Below the pieces are notes generated by a model. It worked only from the letters and a program-made list of their open reading frames with translations. It did no database searches and was not told the DNA's origin. The position numbers were made by a program, and so were the translations under genes. A DNA stretch of 64,000 nt from Candidatus Nomurabacteria bacterium. Its GTDB lineage: Bacteria > Patescibacteriota > Minisyncoccia > Phycocordibacterales > UBA9973. The first letter of the stretch is position 1; every line of letters starts with the position of its first letter. This document shows, in pieces, positions 13,774 through 24,340 of the stretch. Location: NCBI GenBank assembly GCA_963842815.1, contig CAWJHU010000003.1:91683-155682 (forward strand), given 5' to 3'.

Positions 13774-16700
13774 ATGAAAGAAGAAGTAAACTTTATACAC
13801 CTTCATACACATAGCCATTATTCCCTTTTGGACGGACTTTCCAAGCTTAAGGATTTGGCTGAACTTGCTAAAAAAAACAAGATGCCTGCCCTGGCTATTA
13901 CGGACCACGGCAACATGTATGGCGCCATTGAATTCTATAAATTGGCAAAAAAAGAAGGTATCAAACCCATTATCGGGGTGGAGGCTTATATGACCGCAGG
14001 TTCCCGCAAAGACAGGACAGTTGAATCGGAGGGTGGCAAACGTTATTATCACCTCACTCTTCTGGCAAAAAATTTACAGGGGTATAAAAATTTAATAAGA
14101 TTGGTTACCATTTCAAATCTGGAAGGATACTATTACAAACCCAGAATGGACAAAGAGATTCTCAAAAAATATTCGGACGGAATAATATGTCTTTCCGGAT
14201 GTTTGGGCGGAGAACTTTCCCAAAGTGTTGTCCGCAATGACACAGTAAAATCGGAAAAAATTATTCAGGATTATCAAGAAATTTTTGGCAAGGAAAATTA
14301 TTTTATAGAAATTCAGTGCCATCCTTCCGTGGAAAACGACAAGCAAGTGCGTGAGACTTTAATCAAGCTTGCCCAAAAAAATAATATTCCAGTGGTAGCC
14401 ACCCAGGATTCCCATTATCCATGCAGCGATGACCATGAGGCGCATCACACGCTGTTGCAAATAAATACCCAGGGCGACAGCAAAGAAGCGTCCAAATTTG
14501 AATTTTCGGATGATGATTTTTCTTTAATTGATACCAAAAAAGCATTGGAAATTTTCAAAGATATTCCGGAAGCTGTAATAAATACTCAAAAAATAGCTGA
14601 TATGTGCAATTTGGAATTGGAACTGGGAAATTGGGTTTTCCCGAATTTCAAAATTGAAGTGGGTATGACCTATGATGAAAAATTACGCGAACTTACCTAT
14701 GCCGGTTTTAAAAATATCGGTATAGAAAAAACACCAGAAATTATAGAGAGAGTGGAATATGAGTTGCAAATTATTTTTAAAAAGGGCTATTCGCCGTATT
14801 TTCTGGTGGTGGATGATTTATTGGACTATGCCAAAGATAATGGCATTTTAACTACCATTAGAGGTTCCGTAGCAGGTTCTATGGTCACCTATCTTCTTGG
14901 TATTACCAACGTGAATCCGATTGAATATAAACTCCCCTTTGAAAGATTTTTGAACCCATTTCGTCCTTCTCCGCCCGATATTGATATGGATTACGCCGAC
15001 AACAGGCGGGATGAAATGATAGAATACGCCAAAAGAAAATACGGGGAAGACAAGGTGGCACAAATCGGAACTTTCGGAACAATGATGGCGCGTGGCGCCG
15101 TACGGGATGTCGCTCGCGCTCTGGGTTATCCCTATAACGTCGGCGACAGAATTTCTAAAATGATTCCCATAGGCTCCCAAGGAATGCCTATGACCATAGA
15201 ACATGCCATAGAAATCGTGCCGGAATTAAAAGGAGCCTACAAAGACGAAAAAGACACAAAAAAAATAATAGATTTGGCCCACAAGCTGGAGGGATGCGTC
15301 AGACATATTTCCGTGCATGCGGCCGGGGTAGTTATCGCTCCCGAACCTCTTTACGAATACGTGCCTACACAGTTTGACCCAAAGGGCGGAAAAATAATCA
15401 CTCAATACGATATGTATAGCGTTGAAGATGCGGGGCTTTTAAAATTTGATTTTCTAGGCATTAGAAACTTATCCATTTTAGCCGACAGTATAAGTTTGGT
15501 AAAAAGATTTTATAATATTGACATAGACATAGAGCGCATTCCCCTTGATGATAAGAAAACTTTTGCTCTTCTGGCTTCCGGCCAGACGGAAGGGCTTTTC
15601 CAATTAAACGGCGACGGGATGACTAGATATTTGAAAGAATTGAAGCCCACTTCCATTCACGATATCAATGCCATGGTCGCTCTCTACCGCCCCGGGCCCG
15701 ATGGAATCAATTCCGGAATATATCAAACGTAAGCACGACAGAAAACTGGTAAAATATTTGGACCCGCGAATGAAAAAATTCCTGGGTGAATCTTACGGGC
15801 TTATCGTTTATCAGGATGACCTTCTTTTCTGCGCCATAGAATTGGCCGGCTACAACTGGGAAGAAGCGGACAAATTTCGAAAAGCCGTGGGTAAGAAAAT
15901 TCCCAAGGAAATGGCGGCTCAGAGAGAAAAATTTACCAAAGGCATTATTTCAAACGGGCAGACTCCGGAATTCGCCGAAAAACTTTGGAAAATTTTTGAA
16001 CCATTTCAGGCTTACGGTTTCAATAAAGCCCACGCCGCATCCTACGGACGGGTCGCCTATCAGACGGCTTACATGAAAGCAAATTATCCCGTGGAATATA
16101 TGACCGCCATTCTCACCGCCGAGTCCGGCGATATAGAAAAAATATCCGAAATAATCAATGAGTGCAAAAATATGAATATTCCCGTTCTGCCTCCCAATAT
16201 CAATGAAAGTTTTGGTGGGTTTACTTGCCTGCCGCACGACAAAGACACCATAATAAGTGATAAAAATAAAAGTGAAAAAATAAGATTTGGGCTTTATACC
16301 ATTAAAAACTTGGGCACCGACATCGCTGACGCCATTATCGCCGAAAGAAAAGCAAATGGAAAATTCAAATCCATTACCGATTTTTTGAACAGAATCAAGC
16401 ATAAAAACCTGAATAAAAAATCCATGGAAGCTTTAATAAAATCCGGCAGTATGGACGAATGGGGCGACCGGGGACTTTTCCTGGGGAATCTTGAAGATAT
16501 GCTTTTGTATCACAAAGAATCTTTTAATAAAAATGAAAACCAGACTTCTCTTTTCGGCGGGTCTGCGCAATCCGGAATTCTCGCCCTGAAATTAAAAGAT
16601 GCGCCAAAGGCCACCCAAGCCGAGAAGTTGCTTTGGGAAAAAGAGTTGCTTGGACTTTATATTTCCGGACATCCACTGGACCGTCTGCGTGATAAATTGG

Positions 16701-16993
16701 AAAGCCGGGATATAAATATTAAAAAAATAAAAGGAGAAATCGGAAACGGCATTCCGGTTACCATTGCCGGCATCATTGAAACGGCCAGAATTGTCATTAC
16801 CAAAAACAATGACCGCATGGCCTTTTTGAAAATTTCGGATTTGACCGATTCCATAGAGGCGGTTGTGTTTCCTTCCATCTTCAAAGAAGCGGTGGATATT
16901 TTCGTTCCGGAAAAATGTATTGCTTTTTCCGGCAAAGTTTCCCTTCGCAACGGCGAAAAGAGCATCATCATAGAAGCGGTGAAGGAGGTATAA
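13774..16993 (+). CDS. dnaE: DNA polymerase III alpha subunit, with a +1 frameshift at ~15697-15700
   Basis: PHP domain HLHTHSHYSLLDG, PDIDMD, HAAG, FNKAHAASY; conserved LYRPGPM broken by an extra C (CCCGGGCCCGATG); likely start ATG 13774. Confidence 0.95.
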
Positions 16994-17007
16994 AAAGAGA
17001 AAAATTT

Positions 17008-17220
17008 CTAGTGGTAATCCTGTTTTGAGTCGCGTATTTTTATTGCTTGTTCCAAGGCTTTTTCAGGTAAAATTTCTTTGTTTTTTAGACTATTTATTAA
17101 AGCTTCAAGAGCAGGAATTTCATAATCATTTGCTCCCATTACGGCAACTTCTCCTTTAATCGCTTCTATTTCATTAATAGTTTTTTCTATAAGATTATTG
17201 TTATTTTTCCCTTCAAACAT
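17008..17220 (-). CDS. Small hypothetical protein
   Basis: 70-aa ORF directly downstream of pth, same strand. Confidence 0.6.
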   Translation of the reverse strand: MFEGKNNNNLIEKTINEIEAIKGEVAVMGANDYEIPALEALINSLKNKEILPEKALEQAIKIRDSKQDYH

Positions 17221-17233
17221 ACATTTTAAAAAA

Positions 17234-17764
17234 TTAATTATAAAGACTCATCGCTTTTTCTTTGCCTTCGGTAAAAATAATTTCCAAAGCCTCGACGACT
17301 TTTTTGGAAATTTTTTTTAATTCATTTAATTCCTTTTCTTTGTATTTGCCAAGCAAGAATTTCAACACCTCCTTCTCCCCTTTCGGTTTTCGTATCTTGC
17401 CGGATGGTGTGGCTGGCGAAGTGCCAATTCTGATGCGCAAAAATTCTTCAGATTTCAATGCTTTGATGATGGAGCCCAAACCATTGTGTCCTCCGGAAGA
17501 CCGATTGAAAGAAATTTTTATTTTCCCTAAAGGCAAATCAATGTCGTCGTAAATCACCACAAGGTCTTTTAAATCTTTTTTTGATTTGATTAGGGGCGCA
17601 ACCACTTTGCCGGAGTTATTCATAAATTTATCGGGATAAACAAACTTAATTTTGTCTTTTAGGTTTAATTTTTTTTCAACCATTTCCAGCACAATAAAAC
17701 CGGTATTATGCCTGGTATTTTCATATTCTTTGCCCGGATTTCCTAAACCAACGATTAATTTCAT
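17234..17764 (-). CDS. pth: Peptidyl-tRNA hydrolase
   Basis: MKLIVGLGNPGKEYENTRHNTG, FMNNSG, GGHNG; start reassigned to ATG 17764. Confidence 0.95.
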   Translation of the reverse strand: MKLIVGLGNPGKEYENTRHNTGFIVLEMVEKKLNLKDKIKFVYPDKFMNNSGKVVAPLIKSKKDLKDLVVIYDDIDLPLGKIKISFNRSSGGHNGLGSIIKALKSEEFLRIRIGTSPATPSGKIRKPKGEKEVLKFLLGKYKEKELNELKKISKKVVEALEIIFTEGKEKAMSLYN

Positions 17765-17794
17765 ATTTTGGATTATAGCATACAAATTTAATTC

Positions 17795-17845
17795 ACCTCT
17801 CCCCAACCCCTCTCCTTATTAAGGAGAGGGGTGAAGGGGTGAGGT
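17795..17845. repeat. REP-like two-tier GC-rich palindrome
   Basis: ACCCCTCTCCTT-ATT-AAGGAGAGGGGT inner stem inside ACCTCTCCCC/GGGGTGAGGT outer stem; lies between divergent genes. Confidence 0.7.
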
Positions 17846-17907
17846 CTAATCTATTACAAAACAAGTATCTCCTTTGTGTCAAGACTTTTTTGTGTTAAAA
17901 TACTGTA

Positions 17908-18501
17908 ATGAATGAAGAAAATAAGCTTGCCGAAACAGGCAAGGAGAAGTTCACTAAGCAGTCATTTTGGGAGTTGGTACGTTTTGCCTTGATAGCCATT
18001 ATAATAGTTATCCCCATCCGCATATTCATTGCTCAGCCTTTTATTGTCTCGGGTTCCTCCATGGTTCCCACTTTTGAAAATGGACAATATCTGATAGTGG
18101 ATGAAATATCCTATAGATTGAATAATCCACAGAGAGATGACGTGGTAGTTTTCCGATACCCAAACGACACCACAAAATTTTTTATTAAAAGAATAATCGG
18201 ACTTCCGAATGAAACGGTGGACATAAAAGGCACCACGGTTACCATAACCAATTCAGAACATCCGGGAGGATTTACGCTTTCGGAGCCTTATATACAAAAT
18301 ACCGCCGACAGCAATACGCATCTTGAGCTGAAGAGCGATGAATATTTTGTAATGGGCGACAACAGACCAGCCAGTTCCGATTCCAGATATTGGGGTCCTG
18401 TCTCTAGAAAACTTTTGATAGGAAAAGTATTTCTGCGTTTATTGCCGGTAAATAAAATAGGCGTCTTGCCGGGTGATTATAAACAAACTCAATCCCAGTA
18501 G
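17908..18501 (+). CDS. lepB: Signal peptidase I
   Basis: GSSMVPT, FIKRIIGLP, MGDNRPASSDSRYWG. Confidence 0.95.
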   Translation: MNEENKLAETGKEKFTKQSFWELVRFALIAIIIVIPIRIFIAQPFIVSGSSMVPTFENGQYLIVDEISYRLNNPQRDDVVVFRYPNDTTKFFIKRIIGLPNETVDIKGTTVTITNSEHPGGFTLSEPYIQNTADSNTHLELKSDEYFVMGDNRPASSDSRYWGPVSRKLLIGKVFLRLLPVNKIGVLPGDYKQTQSQ

Positions 18502-18502
18502 T

Positions 18503-19804
18503 ATGAAAACAAAAACTATAAAAACCAAGACGAAGAACCTATCATCCCCCAAAGGAATGAGAGATATTATTAATGAAGAATATTATAGTTTTCAGGGATT
18601 TTTTGAAAAAGCTCAGGAGGTAGCCGTTTATTACGGTTTCAAACCCATTGAAACTCCCATGCTGGAACATGCGGAAGTTTTTACTTCAGGCATTGGCGAA
18701 GGAACGGATATCATAGACAAAGAAATGTATACTCTCAAAACCAAAGGCGGAGACCATTTGGCTCTAAGACCGGAACATACTGCGTCGCTTATGCGCTCTT
18801 ACATTGAACATGGAATGCAGAATATGCCTCAGCCTGTAATGTTTTATCAATATGGTCCGGCTTTTAGGCATGACAATCCTCAACGCGGACGTTACAGACA
18901 ATTTTGGCAATTTGACTTGGATTCTTTGGGAAGCGACAAAAGCATTGTGGACGCGTTGGTAATAAAAGTCGGCATGAGCATTTTGGAAGATGCCGGAGCT
19001 GTCAATTTGTCCGTAGATATCAATTCCATAGGCGACAAAGAATGCCGGCACTCATATATAAAAGAACTTACCAGTTATTACAGAAAACACATAAATGACT
19101 TAGCTCATGTTGACCGTGAACGCTTGAAAACAAATCCCCTTCGCATTCTGGATTCCAAAGAGGAAAAAACAATGGCAGTGAATGAAAATGCCCCGGATTC
19201 CATAAGTTTCCTCTGCCCTGCTTGCAAAAAGCATTTTAAGGAAGTTCTGGAATATTTGGAAGAAATGAATATTCCCTACAATATTAATAAAAATCTGGTG
19301 CGAGGACTTTCCTATTACACCCGCACTGTTTTTGAAGTGGTTGAAGAGAGCGGAGCAGAAGACGGAACCCCTCTCACCATCGCCGGAGGCGGACGTTATG
19401 ATTATCTTGCCCGCCAACTGGGCAGCAAAAAAGATGTTCCGGCAGTCGGCTTTTCAATCGGCGTAGACAGAATTATTGCATCTCCTTGGTATAAAAAGCT
19501 TTCGCCTCGCATAATGAAAAAACCGAAAATGTATTTTATCCAGCTCGGTTCCGAAGCAAAATTGAAAAGCTTGAATATAATAGAAATATTGCGCAAAGCG
19601 CATGTGCCCATTGCCCAGTCAATTTCCAAAGACAGCTTGGGTTCCCAGCTGGCCATTGCTGAAAAGCTGGGTGTTCCATACGCGCTTATTTTCGGAGTAA
19701 AAGAAGCAATAGAAGATTCGGTAATTGTCCGGGATATGTCCAATAGGTCCCAGGAAACCGTGAAATTAAGCAAGCTATTGGAATATCTAAAGGAGATAAA
19801 ATGA
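18503..19804 (+). CDS. hisS: Histidine--tRNA ligase
   Basis: LRPEHTA, PQRGRYRQFWQ, LVRGLSYY, GGGRYD. Confidence 0.96.
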   Translation: MKTKTIKTKTKNLSSPKGMRDIINEEYYSFQGFFEKAQEVAVYYGFKPIETPMLEHAEVFTSGIGEGTDIIDKEMYTLKTKGGDHLALRPEHTASLMRSYIEHGMQNMPQPVMFYQYGPAFRHDNPQRGRYRQFWQFDLDSLGSDKSIVDALVIKVGMSILEDAGAVNLSVDINSIGDKECRHSYIKELTSYYRKHINDLAHVDRERLKTNPLRILDSKEEKTMAVNENAPDSISFLCPACKKHFKEVLEYLEEMNIPYNINKNLVRGLSYYTRTVFEVVEESGAEDGTPLTIAGGGRYDYLARQLGSKKDVPAVGFSIGVDRIIASPWYKKLSPRIMKKPKMYFIQLGSEAKLKSLNIIEILRKAHVPIAQSISKDSLGSQLAIAEKLGVPYALIFGVKEAIEDSVIVRDMSNRSQETVKLSKLLEYLKEIK

Positions 19805-20340
19805 AAAAAATAGTTCAAAAAGAAGACAGAGTTCTGCGCCAGAACACAAAAGACATCCCCGTGAGTGAAATTGCCAAGCCCAAAATACAAAAAATACTGA
19901 AAGAAATGTCTTCGGCATTAAAAAAACAAAGCGACGGAGTAGCTTTGGCGGCACCTCAAATAGGATATAAATTATCTATTTTTGTGGTTTCCGGAAAAAT
20001 TTTTCATAAAGATTTTATCAGCGGAGAAAAGGAATTTGAAAAAATACCAAATAAGGAAGTTCCCAAAGATTTGGTTTTTATCAACCCGAAAATTTCTAAA
20101 TTATCTCGAGAAAAAGAATGGCTCATGGAAGGATGCCTTTCCGTCAGATGGCTTTATGGAAAAACCTATAGGTCAAAAAAGGCTATGATTACAGCCTATG
20201 ATGAAAACGGAAAAAAATTCCAAAGAGGAGCTTCCGGTCTTTTGGCTCAAATTTTTCAGCATGAAACAGACCACCTGAAAGGGGTACTTTTCATAGACCA
20301 CGCCAAAGAAATTAGGGAGGAGCTACCTAAGCAAATTTAA
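19801..20340 (+). CDS. def: Peptide deformylase
   Basis: GVALAAPQIG, EGCLS, QHETDH. Confidence 0.96.
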   Translation: MKKIVQKEDRVLRQNTKDIPVSEIAKPKIQKILKEMSSALKKQSDGVALAAPQIGYKLSIFVVSGKIFHKDFISGEKEFEKIPNKEVPKDLVFINPKISKLSREKEWLMEGCLSVRWLYGKTYRSKKAMITAYDENGKKFQRGASGLLAQIFQHETDHLKGVLFIDHAKEIREELPKQI

Positions 20341-21027
20341 TTTGAAATAATTAATCAGAGAAATCCCTTTCTCGTCTATTTTTAGATTTATCTGCCAATT
20401 TTCAAGGCCCCTGGAAATGGATTTTTTTACTATATTGGTTATTCTTTTATCCGGGTTTTCCGGAACTTTAAATTTTTCCGCATTATATAAATAGCATAAA
20501 AGCATTATCGCCCTTTGGCCTTTTTTAATTTGACTGGATGTATCATAAAAATGTCTGCCCAATCTTTCAAAGGAATTAAATTTGGCATTATTTTTTTTAC
20601 TGCCAAAGGGAAGAAGCATTAGCGGAGTTTTTACTTCCAAAAAGCAATTATCGTTTATCAGAAAATCTATTCTGGAATTATTAAGTTTTACTTCCCTCTT
20701 CAGTTTTTTTACTTTAATCATTTCGGGCAGAAGATTATTTTTTAGAAAAAATTCAAGGTAGCCGTTGGCTTTTGTTTGGTTTATACCAACCCACAGTTTG
20801 GGCAACGGTGAAATTGCCTCCACGGTATAGTTGGTTTTCCTCTTTGGGTTTTCTGATTTTGAAAGCAAACAGGGAATATTTTTGAATTCCATGTTTCCGA
20901 TTCTTCCGGTGGAAGGACAATGGCATTTTTCCAATTTGCCGTTAATTTTTACGAACATTATGAACCTATTGGGCCTGGATTTTATCAGCCCGGGAATTAA
21001 TTTTCCTTCAAAAAGATATTTTTTCAT
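20323..21027 (-). CDS. sfsA: SfsA-family nuclease (sugar fermentation stimulation protein)
   Basis: RPNRF, HCPSTGR, SRIDFL, FLEVK. Confidence 0.85.
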   Translation of the reverse strand: MKKYLFEGKLIPGLIKSRPNRFIMFVKINGKLEKCHCPSTGRIGNMEFKNIPCLLSKSENPKRKTNYTVEAISPLPKLWVGINQTKANGYLEFFLKNNLLPEMIKVKKLKREVKLNNSRIDFLINDNCFLEVKTPLMLLPFGSKKNNAKFNSFERLGRHFYDTSSQIKKGQRAIMLLCYLYNAEKFKVPENPDKRITNIVKKSISRGLENWQINLKIDEKGISLINYFKLNLLR

Positions 21028-21096
21028 ATGACAATAAATTGTATGTTATGTGAACTTTATGATAACATTAAATGATTCCTAAATGCCAACATAAAC

Positions 21097-21963
21097 ATGA
21101 AAAACATCTCAAAAGAAAAATTGAATTTCGTATTTTGGGGAACGCCGGATGTGGCCTCTGAGACTTTAGAAATATTAAAGGAAAATGGCTATTTGCCGTC
21201 GCTTATTATTACTTCGCCTGATAAACCACAGGGACGCAAAATGCTCATTACTCCCCCGCCGGTAAAAGTTTGGGCGATGAAAAACAAGATTCCATATTTG
21301 CAACCGGAAGATTTGACGTTCCCCTGTCCCTGGGTCAGGGGAGAATCCCCTGACCCAGGGACAGGGGAACAAAATATTCCCGAGCTCTTCCTGGTTGTCG
21401 CCTACGGAAAAATAATTCCGGAAGATATTATAAATCTACCCAAATTTGGTTCTATTAATATTCATTATTCCCTTCTGCCCAAATATCGCGGAGCTTCGCC
21501 GGTGGAATCAGTTATTTTAAATGGAGATAAAGAAACAGGTATTAGCATCCAAAAAATGGAATATAAAATGGACACCGGTCCGATCATTGCCCAAGAAAAA
21601 GTAGAAATGGGGCCAGACGAAAAAGCTCCCGAATTGCGCAAGCGTTTGATAAAAATCGGCGGAGAGCTTTTGGTAAAAACTTTGCCTAATTTTATAGATG
21701 GAAAAATCAAACTGATTTCACAAAATGAGAACGAGGCAACCTATTGCAAAAAAATTAAAAAAGAAGATGGGCTAGTTAACTTGGAGACCGAGTCGCCAAG
21801 CGTTCTATATAATAAATTCCGCGCCTATGCCGCTTGGCCCAGAACTTTCTTTTTCAAGGATGGCAAAAGAATAATCATCACTGACGCTGTGCTGGAAAAT
21901 AATCAATTTGTAATAAAAAAAATCATCCCCGAAGGCGGAAAAGAAATAAATTATAGAAATTAG
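21097..21963 (+). CDS. fmt: Methionyl-tRNA formyltransferase containing an in-frame palindrome
   Basis: FWGTP, PDKPQGR, VVAYG, NIHYSLLPKYRGASP, MDTGP. Confidence 0.95.
   Translation: MKNISKEKLNFVFWGTPDVASETLEILKENGYLPSLIITSPDKPQGRKMLITPPPVKVWAMKNKIPYLQPEDLTFPCPWVRGESPDPGTGEQNIPELFLVVAYGKIIPEDIINLPKFGSINIHYSLLPKYRGASPVESVILNGDKETGISIQKMEYKMDTGPIIAQEKVEMGPDEKAPELRKRLIKIGGELLVKTLPNFIDGKIKLISQNENEATYCKKIKKEDGLVNLETESPSVLYNKFRAYAAWPRTFFFKDGKRIIITDAVLENNQFVIKKIIPEGGKEINYRN
21318..21370. repeat. Perfect 25-bp inverted repeat with GAA loop inside fmt
   Basis: GTTCCCCTGTCCCTGGGTCAGGGGA-GAA-TCCCCTGACCCAGGGACAGGGGAAC. Confidence 0.95.
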
Positions 21964-22358
21964 TATTTGGCTGTAAAAGGATTTCTTCTGGAAAGGCCTT
22001 TCATCATTTTTTTGACACTGGAAGCTCCGCGTTTGAATAATGTCTGTCTGCGGTCTTTGTTTTTCCTGATTTCATTAAAAAGGCTTTCTTTTATTTCATC
22101 AATGGCCTGATACAGGTCTTCCTTATCGGAACTGGCATAAAATTCTTTCCCATCTATTTTAATCAGGCAATCCGAATGAAAAACAGCGCCGGTTTTGTGA
22201 TGCTTGGTGCTTTTCCCAACTTCAAAATTAACCAGCACTTCCCCTCCTCCGGCTTCCATGGTGGAAAGCAATTTTTCCAGATTAGTAACCCTTTTGGAAA
22301 CATAATCTTTAATGGCTTCAGTCAGCTCAAAATTTTTTCCCTGTAAATTTATTTTCAT
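21960..22358 (-). CDS. raiA: Ribosome hibernation factor / ribosome-associated inhibitor (HPF/RaiA family)
   Basis: INLQGKNFELTEAIKDYV...DLYQAIDE. Confidence 0.88.
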   Translation of the reverse strand: MKINLQGKNFELTEAIKDYVSKRVTNLEKLLSTMEAGGGEVLVNFEVGKSTKHHKTGAVFHSDCLIKIDGKEFYASSDKEDLYQAIDEIKESLFNEIRKNKDRRQTLFKRGASSVKKMMKGLSRRNPFTAKY

Positions 22359-22403
22359 GTTTCTATTCTATCATGGAATAACTTTTATGAAATCTGGATT
22401 AAT

Positions 22404-24335
22404 TTAATATTTCATGCCGTGAATAAGAGCCTTTAAAAGAATATCCAGTTTCATGGTTGCCACACCCACGACCTTGTCTGCCCCGCCGTAATAAATATAA
22501 AGCAAGCTGTCTTTTAGAACCATACCGCAGGGAAATACAACATTATTCACAACTCCGCTTTTTTCATATTCTTCCACCGGTTCAAAAATCGGGTCGCTGC
22601 TACGAGCTAAAACAATGGCGGGGTCTTTCAAATCTAGCAAAACGCATCCGATGCGATAGGTATTATGGCTCTTGGATACGCCGTGGTAAAGCAAGAACCA
22701 GCCGTATTTGGTTTTAAGGGGCGGAGCGGAAATGCCGACTTTGGCGCTGTCCCAGGTGTTTATGCGGGGTCCGATAATTCTTATGCATTTTTTCACCATT
22801 TCATGCTTGAAATCCAAAGTGGACAAATAATCGCCGCAAATTTCATTGCCCACTCGATGCAAGATAAAATAACCCAGTGGGAATTTTTGAGGGAAAAGAC
22901 AGGTGTCTTTATCATCCAAACCCTGCGGAGTGATGAGAAATGGTTTTTCCCATTTCCAATTTTGAGAAATAAAATCTTTTTCCGAGATGGATGAAATGGC
23001 CACCCGGGGAGGTCCGATGCTGTCAAAGGCCGTGTAGCATACATATATGTTTTTGCCGATTTTTGTCAAACGCGGGTCTTCGCATCCGGAATTCTGATTA
23101 TTTATTTTTTTATTTTCAAATTCTTCCCGAGGCACATAGACGGGTAAAGATAGCCGTTCAATTATATCCACTCCGTTTTTGGTCATGGCATAGCCGAAAG
23201 TAGACGTATTGTCCTGGGACATGGCCCGATAGACGATATGCGTTTTCCCATTCAGAAAAATGGCTGCCGGATTAAAGGTCGCTTTTTCTTCCCATTTATT
23301 TTCTTTTTTAGGAAGAATAATCGGATTCTTGGGAGAACGCTTGAAGCTGAAATTATCTTTATATTTATAGTGCATGCTGAAAATAAGGTCATTTAAATTG
23401 ACTTTGGCAAAACATACGGTAGTGTCCGCCGCGCCATAGTATATGGCAAGAATATCTTTTTCAACCAGAGCGCCGGTGGGAAAAACTATATTCCCCACAT
23501 AGCCGGACAGCTCGTAAAATTCTTCCGGCACAATAATAGGTCCACCGGTTCGGCCGATTATTTTTTGCAAATCTTTTGAATCAAATAAAACCGCCTCAAT
23601 GCCGAAAATCCTGTCGGGGTTGCCGTCTGACGGAAAATAATTTTGAATGTGAGAATAAATAAACAGCCAGCCATATTTGGTTTTAATGGGCGGAGCTCCG
23701 ACTTCTATATGGTCGTAGGGGGAACGTTTTAAATCAATGGTGCAATTATCAACATTCTTCTCCCATTTTTCCCAAAACGACGGCGACCATAATTCTTCAA
23801 TCCTATCCAATTCGGCAATAACAATTTTGGCCGGAGGAGAATCGGTGTGATAGGAAAAGATAACTACAATTTTCCCATTTATCCGCTCCGGAAAAAGAGT
23901 CATAGCTTTGGCATTGAAAGGAGTAACCAGGTGCCGTTCATCAATCTTTTTTAAATTTTTAGAGAGAGCCACGGCCACCCTTATGCCGTCCGAACTGAAC
24001 GGATATTTTGAAAGCGCTGTATAAAAAGTGTAAAAAGTCCCTTCAAAATATGTTATTCTCGGGTCTTCACAGCCGAATTTTTCCCATTCTTCCTTGGGAA
24101 CTATAAAAGGGGTACGGTCTTCAAAAAGCGCGCCGTCTTTGCTTTTACCTATGCCGATGGTGGAAATTTGACGGGGATTTTGCAATTTATCTTCCGCTGA
24201 GATAGCGCGATAAACTCCAAAAAATGTTTTGCCATATTTGACCGGGCAAAGATTAAAACTGGCAAATTTTTCCCAATAATGGTCTCCGTCGGGAATCAAT
24301 ATTGGATTGTGTTCCGATTTTTTAACAACAAACAT
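22404..24335 (-). CDS. Glycoside hydrolase family 130-like protein with two tandem domains
   Basis: Two sets of NPI..FN..YRA..GCEDPR..VFP..YYGAAD/YYGGAD motifs. Confidence 0.85.
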   Translation of the reverse strand: MFVVKKSEHNPILIPDGDHYWEKFASFNLCPVKYGKTFFGVYRAISAEDKLQNPRQISTIGIGKSKDGALFEDRTPFIVPKEEWEKFGCEDPRITYFEGTFYTFYTALSKYPFSSDGIRVAVALSKNLKKIDERHLVTPFNAKAMTLFPERINGKIVVIFSYHTDSPPAKIVIAELDRIEELWSPSFWEKWEKNVDNCTIDLKRSPYDHIEVGAPPIKTKYGWLFIYSHIQNYFPSDGNPDRIFGIEAVLFDSKDLQKIIGRTGGPIIVPEEFYELSGYVGNIVFPTGALVEKDILAIYYGAADTTVCFAKVNLNDLIFSMHYKYKDNFSFKRSPKNPIILPKKENKWEEKATFNPAAIFLNGKTHIVYRAMSQDNTSTFGYAMTKNGVDIIERLSLPVYVPREEFENKKINNQNSGCEDPRLTKIGKNIYVCYTAFDSIGPPRVAISSISEKDFISQNWKWEKPFLITPQGLDDKDTCLFPQKFPLGYFILHRVGNEICGDYLSTLDFKHEMVKKCIRIIGPRINTWDSAKVGISAPPLKTKYGWFLLYHGVSKSHNTYRIGCVLLDLKDPAIVLARSSDPIFEPVEEYEKSGVVNNVVFPCGMVLKDSLLYIYYGGADKVVGVATMKLDILLKALIHGMKY

Positions 24336-24340
24336 AAAAT

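Noticed and set aside
15690-15735. Split dnaE as programmed frameshift or split intein
   Set aside because: One extra C in a short run breaks the conserved RPGPM motif, with no intein motifs or slippery site. Similar indels hit tsf, rpoD, the collagen gene and the SRPBCC gene, which points to assembly error. Read mapping would settle it.
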